A stretch of 64,000 bases of DNA from Phoronis australis (taxonomy: Eukaryota > Animalia > Phoronida), in the NCBI GenBank assembly GCA_002633005.1, contig NMRA01000012.1, positions 671,534-735,533 of the forward strand, given 5' to 3'. The notes under the pieces were generated by a model. The model worked only from the letters and a program-made list of their open reading frames with translations, ran no database searches and was not told the origin of the DNA. The position numbers and the translations under genes are program-made. Shown piece after piece: positions 12,223-23,007 of the stretch. How positions within the stretch are numbered: position 1 is the first letter of the stretch; every line of letters begins with the position of its first letter.

Positions 12223-12910
12223 GCTGACAGCCTTTTTCCAAAAAAACTCCCTTCTGTGACCTACATATCTCTCTCAACAAACTCCCCGTTCTATCACCTC
12301 TATATCTCTCTCAACAAACTCTCCCTTCTATGATCTATATCGTACTTTTAAATAATGAACGTGTTTGTTGTCATAAAATTACACACTATGTCACAATGCT
12401 AAATGATAAACTTTCTTGGAGTGACGAATGCATAATTAGTTAGGGAATTTACCTAACCTGAAAATTTATCGAGCACTGCCAGAAAATTGAAATTTTAGGA
12501 AAAAAGTACAAACACAGTCACCTTCCCTTTAACTGAAAAATGGTGACCAAGCCTGTTTTGGCACATTATCCTTCAGTTATATCCATAATAATCCTCTGTG
12601 AAATAACGGGAAGTTGGTGTTTTTGTAAGAAGCCCCAAAAATAAAACGTTTACCTTAATGATGTTCTTTCATCATTACATCGCTGTTTTTATAATGACAT
12701 CATATTTTTTGGAATTCTAGACTGCACTTCACTTCACTTTGATCGTTTCCAGACACCTGGAAATACGAAAACATTCCGATGCATGTTTTGCATGCAACAG
12801 CATTTTGATAGTGTCTGTCTTTTCACGATAAGATTTAATATCATCAACTTTAATAACTTGGACGAAACTGTTGTAGCTGTACCTATGTTGCCTAGCCATG
12901 GATATCTTAC

Positions 12911-12986
12911 ACTGATACCAGAAGTAGACGTATCATTTATATCTACCTCCAGTTTCTGAACTGAAATTCTCGGTCTGTGATTGGCT
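12911..12986 (-). promoter_or_regulatory. Putative core promoter of the Fic gene: CCAAT, TATAAAT, TCAGT initiator
   Basis: Minus strand: AGCCAATCA at ~12986-12978, TATAAAT at 12941-12935, TCAGT at 12915-12911 (the A lies 28 nt from the TATA). Confidence 0.5.
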
Positions 12987-13003
12987 AATGCAGCTTCTTG
13001 TAC

Positions 13004-13295
13004 AGGTGCGAAGCAAGAATTCGCTCGCCGTCATGTCCCAGATGGCGGGTGCGAGTTTCAAAACCAAGATCCAAGACGTCGCCTTATTCTTCAGGAAAGT
13101 GAAACTCAGCCCCACTGTAAAGCTAGAACACATAAAGACCATCTAGAAAAAGCACATCAAAGTACCCTCTGCGACCCGTCAAATGCAAAGTGTTTTCCAT
13201 CCCAGCCGTACGCCTGTCCATGACCCAATAGAATTTGTTTTTAGGTCAAATTAATAAGAGGGTTATTGCGGGCTTTTGTGATACAGAGACCGTGC
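13004..13295 (+). pseudogene. Polinton MCP middle fragment A (mirrored at ~13822-14178, minus strand)
   Basis: VRSKNSLAVMS..FKTKIQDVALFFRKVKLSPTV..KYPLRPVKCKVFSIP..NLFLGQINKRVIAGFCD, with stops and a frameshift. Confidence 0.85.
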
Positions 13296-13578
13296 ATTAC
13301 CGACGCTCGTCGTTTTAGTTTAAAATACTAGTTACATTTTTTATCCGTCGGTCGTTGCCTTCGTCCTCGTAATTCCGTCCCGATCCCGAAAACAAGGGGG
13401 TGAAAGCTCTAACGAACGTCAATTGATCAAATTTCGGTTGTAATGGTTTAGAAGGAACTTGCACCCCGTCGACGTAAAGAGAGAGATAATTGATGTTGTA
13501 ATGTTTGAAATTGAAAGGGTTCTTGGCATACGATCCACAGTAAACAACATTGCAGGGTCAACTTTTTGGGCCTATTAC

Positions 13579-13761
13579 GGATCGTATGCCAAGAACCCTT
13601 TCAATTTCAAACATTACAACATCAATTTTCTCTCTCTTTACGTCGACGGGGTGCAAGTTCCTTCTAAACCATTACAACCGAAATTTGATCAATCGACGTT
13701 CGTTAGAGCTTTCACCACCTTGTTTTCGGGAACGGGACAGAATTACGAGGACGAAGGCAAC
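13579..13761 (+). pseudogene. Polinton MCP fragment B (mirrored at ~13355-13536, minus strand)
   Basis: GSYAKNPFNFKHYNINFLSLYVDGVQVPSKPLQPKF..FVRAFTTLFSGTG, the hallmark NPFNF motif. Confidence 0.9.
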
Positions 13762-14497
13762 GACCGACGGATAAAAAATATAACTAGTATTTTAAACTAA
13801 AACGACGAGCGTCGGTAATGCACGGTCTCTGTATCACAAAAGCCCGCAATAACCCTCTTATTAATTTGACCTAAAAACAAATTCTTTTGGGTCATGGACA
13901 GGCGTACGGCTGGGATGGAAAACACTTTGCATTTGACGGGTCGCAGAGGGTACTTTGATGTGNAGGCGTACGGCCGGGATGGAAAACACGTTGCATTTGA
14001 CCGGTCGCAGAGGGTACTTTGATGTGCTTTTTCTAGATGGCCTTTATGTGTTCTAGCTTTACAGTGGGGCTGAGTTTCACTTTCCTGAAGAATAAGGCGA
14101 CGTCTTGGATCTTGGTTTTGAAACTCGCACCCGCCATCTGGGACATGACGGCGAGCGAATTCTTGCTTCGCACCTGTAGAAGAAGAAGCTGCATTAGCCA
14201 ATCACAGACCGAGAATTTCAGTTCAGAAACTGGAGGTACGTGTTCCCACTATAGCGACGTGTCAATGCTTCACTGTTAAATCCACCTGTTTACTGCGAAC
14301 TAAATTTAAGCTTTTAACCACGTTTCATAAGCCGAATTTAAGTGTTTTCACTTCCCACTGACCGGCGCTACCCTAAATAGCAATGTGTCGACACTGGTGG
14401 GAAAGGCTATCGTTCTTCGTATTTTTAACAACCCATAAAAGAGATTGAATAAGCCGCGAACCCTCATTCTACAAGAGGCAACTGTGCTCAACACAAG

Positions 14498-14944
14498 ATG
14501 AGACGATCTAAAAATTTATATAGCTCCGAAAGCAACCGCCACCTCTACGACGACTACTACGCCGTGCAAGCGGGGAGCGGTCTTCTCATTTTTGTCGGCA
14601 CTCGCACGCAAAGGGGGCACGGCATTGGTTCCGTTATCGGGGGACTCTTTCGTTCGGCTCTACCCCTGATCAAAAAAGGAGCCGCTGCAATTGGGAAGCA
14701 AGCTTTACGGACTGGAATTGACTTTGCGGGTGACTTGTTGGAAGGGAAAAATGCAAAAGCAGCCGCCGTAGAACGGTCCAGGAAGGCTGCGGGCGAGTTG
14801 TTGAACAGAGCTTCCTCGTTTGTTGGTGCACGCCCCCCGGGTACGCCGCACAAGGCTATAAAACGTAGAGTATCGACCAAAAGAGTTAGTTCAAAACGAG
14901 GAAAGAAAAGAGCAACATCGCAACGCAGAGACATATTTTCTTAA
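14498..14944 (+). CDS. Polinton/adintovirus core protein precursor (PZ-like; adenovirus pVI/pVII/pX-like), intact 148 aa
   Basis: YYAVQAGSG...QRGHGIGSVIGGLFRSALPLIKKGAAAIGKQALRTG: QxGxG adenain-type sites, an amphipathic helix and a basic tail ending DIFS. Lies directly upstream of the MCP ATG. CATAAAA at 14434 and TCATTC at 14464. Confidence 0.85.
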   Translation: MRRSKNLYSSESNRHLYDDYYAVQAGSGLLIFVGTRTQRGHGIGSVIGGLFRSALPLIKKGAAAIGKQALRTGIDFAGDLLEGKNAKAAAVERSRKAAGELLNRASSFVGARPPGTPHKAIKRRVSTKRVSSKRGKKRATSQRRDIFS

Positions 14945-14945
14945 A

Positions 14946-15020
14946 ATGGCTTTCGTACACGACAAGTCCTGTGAGTGTGTCAAAAGTGAGCTCGATTTGT
15001 TTGCCGTACCTCCTACTCAG
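14946..15020 (+). pseudogene. Polinton MCP N-terminus, deleted against the right TIR
   Basis: MAFVHDKSCECVKSELDLFAVPPTQ, the conserved MCP start. Confidence 0.9.
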
Positions 15021-15303
15021 ATTTTCCTTTGTTTTTGATGAGACAGAACACACAATATACAACGACACTCGGCACACACGAACTAAGGTAATTCACGTTT
15101 TGTTATTATCATCTTTTGTTTCAATCCGTTGCTAGGAGCCGCAAAACGAGTTGCCTCTCTAATTAAACCTATTACGTCATGACGTCATTGACACATCCGT
15201 CCGGTAGGGGTCCTGATCGCAGTTATACCACGTGACCTTTCACATAGATGACCTTTGACCGAGACCCGCAAAGTAAGACTCCTAAATGACTTACTATACT
15301 ACT

Positions 15304-16985
15304 GGTATTCCACAGTGGATAACATGCTTATTCTAGATTCACTAATTAACAAATATCTATTGAAACGTAGAGGCCGGTTCTATCGTCTTTTTGTTGATTT
15401 TAAAAAAGCGTTCGACTGGGTCTGGCGAGAAGGTCTTAAGTATAAAATGTTAAGTTTTGGAATACATGGAAAAATGCATAAAATTCTAAACAGTTAGTAT
15501 GAAAATGTGAAGTCTTGCGTCTTGCTGAATGGGGATGGTTACGTAACCGATTTCTTCCAATGTACGATTGGTGTAAGACAAGGGTGCCAATTGTCTCCCT
15601 TTCTCTTCTCGCTATTTATAAATGATTTAGAAAGTGATTTACAAAATGTAAAGGACTCGTGTGTAAATATTGGAATATTGGATTTATATTTGTTGTTGTT
15701 TGTCGATGATTTGGTTCTCGTCGCTGAAACCGCTATTGCCATGCAAAGATTAATTACCAAACTAGAAGAATATTGTAATAAATGGAAGCTTCATGTGAAT
15801 ATGTCGAAGACAAAAATTACAGTCTTTAGAAAAGGGGGGGGGGGTACTTGAGAACTTATGAAAAGGTGAAATTATTTGTCGAAATTGTACAAACGACTTC
15901 AGAGTATAATTATTTGGGTGTCAAGTTTACTCCTAAGGGTGTATTTACGAAGGCGCAGAAAGCGTTAGCTGACAAAGCGACAAAGGCTATTTTTGTACTA
16001 AAAAGCACATGTTTAAGTACAATGAACTTCCTGTGCAAATGTGGTTTAAAATGTTTGATACAAAAATATTACCGATCTTGTTATATGGTTCTGAGATTTA
16101 AGGATTTCACCCCGCACAAGACATTGAAATTGTACAAAATAAATTTTGCAAAATTTTTGTTGGGACTTGGTCAGCATGTCTCAAACGCTGCAGTGAGGGG
16201 AGAGCTTGGTAGAGTGACAATGAAGGTACATCTATTATTGAGAATTGTTAAATACTGGTTAAAATTATCAATTTGCCAAGCCATCGTTATGTTAGGGTAT
16301 GCTACAATGTGCAATATGAAATGGCTGAGCAAAATAAGTCTTGCTGGGCTCTAAATGTTAAACGATTGTTATTTGCTTATGGTTTTGAAGTTGTTTGGAT
16401 ACAACAAGGTGTGGGGGATGCTGCCTCATTTATAAGTGAATTTAAACAACGATGCTTTGATACTGACATCCATGATTGGAGAAACAATATTTTTTCTCAA
16501 TCTTTAGATGTTTACAAAACAATTAAATGTAACTTTGTAGTAGAAAAATACCAACATGTTTAGAAAATAGACTTCATAGAATAGCCCTTGCAAGGTTTAG
16601 ATGCTCCGCACATTTATTAATGATTATTCAGGGAAGGTTCAGTGGATTTGACAGAGAAGACAGATTATGTCCCTGCTGTGACAGTGGGAAAGTGGAAACA
16701 GAATTCCACTTTCTTCTCGAGTGCAATTTATATTCGGATTTACGAGTGCGGTTTTTAACAAGGTACGATAAGGTGGAAGACATAGTATTCAGAAATTTTC
16801 TACAGACTCATGACTTAAATGTTCTGAGAAAAGTTGCTAGATATTTAATTAATGCTGAGAAACGCCGAAATGAGCTCCTTGATATGAATTAATTTAGATT
16901 GAAAAAATATTGTACTCTCTTTGTGTTATATATTGTAACGTGGGCCGGAGGCCTGTTACATGAAATAAATCTATTTTTATATTTT
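15304..16985 (+). mobile_element. RTE-X-like LINE, 3' half (RT, C-terminal CCHC, tail), degenerate
   Basis: GYSTVDN..FVDFKKAFD..GVRQGCQLSPFLFSLFINDL..LLLFVDD..YLG, RLCPCC..ETEFHFLLEC, then AATAAA near 16964. Confidence 0.9.
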
Positions 16986-17439
16986 TAGTACCAATAATAA
17001 CTCAACAATTTTGTTATTATTGTTGTTCATCTATGTCCTATGCGTAACGCTTTGTGAGGCTGGACAATTTTTCGATCGCACCCCCCTGGCTACGGGCCTG
17101 GAAAAGAAATCAACCAACTGAATTACTGATCACTTTGTCTCGACAAACTTGCCACTTTTAAGCTTTTGGTTTACGCAGTCTAGTTTCGATATAGCGCCCT
17201 CTGCCGGAATAACGATTTCTTTACGTCACCTTTTTGTTATCAAAAAGAAACCTGGGCGATGTTTCGGAAACAGTAATTTCTTCAAATTATTTTGTTCCGG
17301 CCAATGAGTGCTATGGCGTCCTCTTCCGATAAAGCGCCCACACTGTTAACCGAGGCCTTTCCGATAAAGACGCCTATTTCATGTTTGATGAAAAGACCAT
17401 GTGTCTTGCAAGTAACTAACGAAATGACACTTACTTGAC
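16986..17439. repeat. ~454 bp direct repeat X, copy 1 (copy 2 at 35284-35736)
   Basis: TAGTACCAATAATAACTC...GACACTTACTTGAC occurs at both loci. One copy abuts the LINE 3' end, the other the LINE 5' end. Confidence 0.9.
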
Positions 17440-17849
17440 TTTTTCTTTTTAAATCGTCCGTAGATGTGTAGACCTGGAATACCAACTCCGATCTGGTGGC
17501 CGATGAGGTTGTTCTGGTGTGTGTTCTTGCAATAGAATTTACAGTCATTAAAACTTTTCCCAACTCTGCCGTTTTCAACCAATTTACATAAAACACATCG
17601 TCAAAAATCCCCTTTTGAGTTCTTGATAACTATACCTGATTATATTTTGCTTCTGAGCAGCAAAACATAATTTAATTCATTAGTTATCATCCTTTCGCAT
17701 ACTTGACCGATATAAATGGAATTTAATTTCATCCGTCAAGAATTCTACAGTTATTTGTTTCTGTAAATGTCGTCACTATCATGTATTTCTTCACAGTTCA
17801 GGGTCTCTTCTACGTAATAGTTTTTTGATCCATCCTCAGGGTTTACTGA

Positions 17850-20546
17850 ACTTTATTTGCTTGTCTGCACTCAGACGATCAAGTTGTGTTTCTGGTCTGT
17901 CTTCAAAACTTGTTGGAAATTTCTTTGTTTGCTGTTCGCAAAACCTTAAGCATTGTTTGTCAAGTATAGGCGGCAAGATTCTCTTTCAATATCGGACCTA
18001 AAAGTGCCGCTAGGGTATTTCCAGATTGATATATCATATCTTCCAACATCGGCCCGGGTGGCTGACTGGCTGCATTCGACCGTAATAAGCTCCGTGCTTA
18101 GGTAGTTATTGTTTTGTTTTAATAGTGCTCATGTCCCTCACTTTGTTGACCTTAGGTGGTTCTTGCATTCGCGGGTTCGACAATGTTTGCAATGACCCCA
18201 TTACTTCCGGTGATTCAATTTACAGTGGGTATACGTGCCGTAGCGACGTCTCACAGCAATCTCGTTTGTCAAAGAAAGATTCTGTTTTTCTTAAGCGTCA
18301 TTGACATTTTTGGAAAGCCCCTCACCATCTGTATTTCCGCGACCACGTTGAGTTTAACGCGCGTGGCTTGAAAAAGCTAGTTTTAGACGTGCAATGTACG
18401 ATTGCATCCCCATCTAGCTCCGCTGGATGGCCTTAATGTTCTAGATATTCTCCGTTTCGCCATTTTAGTTAGGCCTACTTTTGGCCCCGCCTGTTGGTTA
18501 AGGCTTCCTAGGTATACCGCTTCGTATGCTATCCTTATCCTTTTACTTCAAATTATAATCTGCCTTCCGCTCTACCCTTGTTAAAAATTCCTCTAGCTGT
18601 GTTTAGTGATGTGTCCATCATAAGGTCATTGTTGAATTCCAGACTGAGTATTGGACCTAGTGTTAGTTCACTTGACAGCCACGCCCCCTTTCTGGATCAG
18701 ACTGTCTTGCCCAATTTGGTCGTGAGATTATGAACAGCTATACTTGTTTAATGATCTACTTGTCTTCTTTCTCTGTGTGAAAATTGTTTTAGCTGGTTAC
18801 GTTCACCGTGGTCTGATCAATCTAGCGTTATAAGTCTAGATTAATCTGGCTTTGAAGTCCAGCACATTCCTGCATTTAAGTTCAGTGTTTACTGTCCGTT
18901 CAAGTCTAGCAATATGTTAGCCGTAATTATGCTATCCGTTTCACTCTATACTTGCCGTGTAGTCCAGCTTTATGCTGAGCGTTTAAGTTTATCTTGATGC
19001 TAGTAGTAAGAACTAGCCGTGTAAGTCCAAAGTAATCTAGCGTTATAAGTCCAAAGTAATCTAGCGTTATAAGTCCAAAGTAATCTAGCGTTATAAGTCC
19101 AGCGTAATCAGTGCTACCCAACTGCGAAAAATAACGGGTTGTAACAGTAGGCCTAATATAAAAAGGAAATGAACCAGAGACTAGTTTTAACTAGTCTCTG
19201 AATACTTGTAAACACTCGTGACTAGACTACACCGTGACGGTGCAGCCTTTCATAAATACTCAAGTGAGCATAACNACTTTATTTGCTTGTCTGCACTCAG
19301 ACGATCAAGTTGTGTTTCTGGTCTGTCTTCAAAACTTGTTGGAAATTTCTTTTTTTGCTGTTCGCAAAACCTTAAGCATTGTTTGTCAAGTATAGGCGGC
19401 AAGATTCTCTTTCAATAACGGACCTAAAAGTGCCGCTAGGGTATTTCCAGATTGATATATCATATCTTCCAACATCGGCCCGGGTGGCTGATTGGCTGCA
19501 TTCGACCGTAATAAGCTCCGTGCTCAGGTAGTTATTGTTTTGTTTTAATAGTGCTCTCACTTTGTTGACCTTGGGTGGTTTTTGCATTCGCGGGTTCGAC
19601 AATGTTTGCAATGACCCCATTACTTCCGGTGATTCAATTTACAGTAGGTATACGTGCCGTAGCGACGTCTCACAGCAATCTCGTTTGTCAAAGAAAGACT
19701 GTTTTTTCTTTGGCGTCATTGGCATTTTTGGAAAGCCCCTCACCATCTGTATTTCCGCGACCACGTTGAGTTTAACGCGCGTGGCTTGAAAAAGCTAGTT
19801 TTAGACGTGCAATGTACGATTGCATCCCCATCTAGCTCCGCTGGATGGACCTCAATGTTCTAGATATTCTCCATTTCGCCATTTTAGTTAGGCCTACTTT
19901 TGGCCCCGCCTGTTGGTTAAGGCTTCCTAGGTATACCGCTTTGTATCATATCCTTATCCTTTTATTTCAAATTATAATCTGCCTTCCGCTCTACCCACGT
20001 TAGTTCCTCTAGCTGTGTTTAGTGATGTGTCCCTCATAAGGTCATTGTTGAATTCCAGACTGAGTGTTGGACCTAGTGTTAGTTCACTTGACAGCCACGC
20101 CCCCTTTCTGGATCAGACTGTCTTGCCCAACTGAATTTGGTCGTAAGATTATGAACAGCTATACTTGTTTAATGATCTACTTGTCTTCTTGCTCTGTGTG
20201 AAAATTGTTTTAACTGTTTACGTTCACCGTGCTCTGATCAATCTAGCGTTATAAGTCTAGATTAATCTGGCTTTGAAGTGCAGCACATTCCGGCATTTAA
20301 GTTCACTGTTTACTGTCCGTTCAAGTCTAGCAATATGTTAGCCGTAATTATGCTATCCCTTTCACGCTATACTTGCCGTGTAGTCCAGCTTTATGCTGGG
20401 CTGCTAGCCGCCCGTTTGTCTAGTAAGAACTAGGCCAAAGTAATCTAGCGTTATAAGTCCAGCGTAATCAGTGCTACCCAACTGCGAAAAATAACGGGTT
20501 GTAACAGTAGGCCTAATATAAAAAGGAAATGAACCAGAGACTAGTT
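17850..20546. repeat. ~1.3 kb tandem duplication (17850-19186 and 19276-20546) across an N join, including a 24 bp minisatellite
   Basis: Colinear near-identical sequence. The TAAGTCCAAAGTAATCTAGCGTTA unit count differs between copies. N at 19275. Confidence 0.9.
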
Positions 20547-21044
20547 AAGCCATTAGGGAAATAACTTCAATGATTCAAATGATTCCTACACTACAAATGC
20601 AAAGGTTTTAGAATGTGGATCACTCAAAATTGCTGTGGATAATTTAGGCAGGCATTCATCCAAAGTCATGCATATTCGTATGCTCATTCAAAGAATGTAA
20701 ACCTACTATGAGTTTTAGCGGGATTGGTTGACTCGCAGAAAAAAATGTATAAGAATTTTATTATTTTCACCATAATACTGCAGACAATGATCACGGTATT
20801 GCTTGGCGAAATATAAGCCTATTTCCTCAAGTGTGTTACAATGTTAGTCTCAGTTGTGACGAATTTTGTTTGTTAGTACGTTAGGAAGACTGACTTGGAA
20901 ATTTACACACAACCTGTAACTTCCTAGCATCTCGAAGCCTTTTGGTTTTTAGTCACGATCATATCCAAGATGGCGTATGTAGCCGACATTTAGTTTTGAA
21001 AATAGCACTCGAACGCTGCGTGTACTAAAACCCACATTTTTAAT

Positions 21045-23007
21045 AGCGGAGTTGCAACGCCGCCATATTGGAAATGGGTCAGAATGTCGCATTGTGGTTA
21101 AGCTGGTAAACAAGTACGTCGGCAAGCGTGGGGGCGAACCGGCCACAGGGAGGTTATACGTGTTGTGTGCCTGGCATGCTATAATACCAGTTAGCGAAAT
21201 AAAAAATTTAGTTACTACCTGTTTCCCAAGGATCAAGAACTGCGTTAAACATGGGTCAGAGACATCGGTAGAGCTGGTAGCAAAGGCCGACTTCGTGAAT
21301 TCTTTCCGACTTCGTAGCATAAAGTGTGCAGCGCTCATTTTGAGGGCGGCAAGAAAACGTATCTTAGAAACTGCCCAACAATATCTCCCTTCAAAGAAAC
21401 AGTAACAAATACTCCACGGCGGTTGGTAGTGAAAAAAAAACTTGTTTTCGCTTGACCAGAACCAAGCCAACATGAGCAATTTTGAGGATAATGCCTCTGC
21501 ACAATCACCTGTTCTGGGTCGACTCACTTAACGTATGCACACTATATGCATTACGCGCTAAGATAAAGCGTGCAGATTATTATTATTTACTTTCTACAAA
21601 ATTGTGGTACATTGCTATCAAAATTCGTTGTTAAATTACGATCATTTTTCATAAAATTTTGTTGAAGTTCCAGGGCGAAATCTTGCCGACAAATGCGTAG
21701 CTGCTGGTCTCGCAATCGTCGATAGGGCTTGAATTCTTAAATAAGAATACAGCTTTGACTCAACAAATTACCTGAAATCCTCCTCAAGTTTTCCAAATAG
21801 CGTCTCTAAGATTTTTAAGTTCTTGTGAAGTCTGGATTAACTGCAGATTAAGTCCAAATCTACGCTAGATTGTAGCACGCAACCCGAGAAAAATCTCTGT
21901 GGGAACACATGTTGTTGTCACGTGACGTTTGTTTTGAAGTTTGTATGCGTGTGTGTGAGAGTAAGCGTGCGTGTGCTTGTCAGAGTTCATTTGCCAGAGT
22001 AATGTAATGATCTAGGTGTGCATTGTATCCAAAAAAAAAATAAGTCAAGCAGTCAAGCAGAGCGTGTTTTAATATTTACGGCTTAGCACTTGCTGGCCTC
22101 ATCTGCTAAAAACGTTCGAGAATTTTTTCGGTAAGACCGACATGTCACTCATTGAGTCGCCGGGTGAGTGGATGCGTGACCGTAGTGTAACAGCTATTTC
22201 CCGGAAGATTTGGGGTGTAAGGGTGCGAAGTGGGTCATTTTGACCTTAAAAACACCAATTATGATTAGTTAAATAATTTCTCTTAAAAATAATGCAGAAG
22301 CTTTTTACGGTATTGGAAACTTTCGGAAATTAGTGCCAATATTTATTTGCCGATGCTATGTTACCCGATTAATCTTCGATGACAGTCGGTACATTATGCA
22401 GCGCGCGCTTCTTGGTCGCGTGCTAACACTGGTCGAGTTTTTTTTATTAGTCTTCGATTCACGGTTTTCACATGCACAAAGAAGTTTGAGGCCGGAGAAG
22501 ATCTGTACTGGAAAGAAACAATGCAATCCCGCTCTTTGACAAGTACGCTGTGTCTGTTTTCAAAGTCCAGACCCGCGTAGTGGGGCACATCCCTCGCAAG
22601 AGCAGCAAAACTTCTGCGTTCTTTTTGAATCGCGGCGTAAGTTTGAAGTGTATACGGACATAACGGTGAGGCTCGTGGTCCGTTACAAATTCAGGCTGTC
22701 GGATCTTTCAATTGATAAATTGGAGACGTTAGAACTGTAGGTAAGGGCATTTTTCGCATGTAGTTCATGGGCTGGGCGCTTACTTTAGCAAAGTCTGAAA
22801 ACGCGTTGGGGCACTTGTTGAGCCATGGGCGCTAATTAGGGCGAATAGCGGCAGAATTACATACAGCAGCGTAGTTTAATGCACACAAATTACACGTCGT
22901 GCAAACCAGACGGCCATCCCGTTTACCATCAACAATCCCAGTAGCCTTTGCGCACCCTAATTTCCGGACATGCGCAATCGTTAAATCGATTCGGTTGCAA
23001 CTCCGCA
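21045..23007 (+). mobile_element. Non-autonomous DNA transposon, ISL2EU/PIF-Harbinger-like, with a THAP pseudo-ORF
   Basis: TIR AGCGGAGTTGCAAC / GTTGCAACTCCGC(A/T) flanked by AT on both sides. Decayed THAP: CLACYN..YLFPKDQELR*TW..KVCSAHF..CPTISP. Confidence 0.75.

Larger units (their letters stand above)
12944..14238. repeat. 1.3 kb near-perfect palindrome made of MCP fragments
   Basis: 12944-13536 is the reverse complement of 13579-14238, with a 42 bp spacer. The right arm has an extra ~60 bp duplication at the N (13963). Confidence 0.95.
6322..15303. mobile_element. Non-autonomous Polinton/Maverick (adintovirus-like) derivative carrying capsid-module remnants and a Fic gene
   Basis: Left end AGTAGTATAGTAAG at 6322 and inverted right end CTTACTATACTACT at 15290-15303, with ~280 bp of inverted homology (15022-15303). 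Internal PRO, MCP and PZ-like sequences. No pPolB, integrase or ATPase seen. Confidence 0.85.

Noticed and set aside
17379-17582. CRESS-virus Rep motif II resemblance (PGLHIYGRFKK)
   Set aside because: No motif I or III and no Walker motifs nearby. Too weak to call.
19175-19200. Short palindrome CAGAGACTAGTT-TT-AACTAGTCTCTG as a terminator or regulatory hairpin
   Set aside because: More likely the collapsed ends of a small TIR element (one end recurs at 20535). No support for function.
20949-21527. 192 aa minus-strand ORF
   Set aside because: It is antisense to the THAP pseudo-ORF, crosses the transposon boundary and has no recognisable domain.
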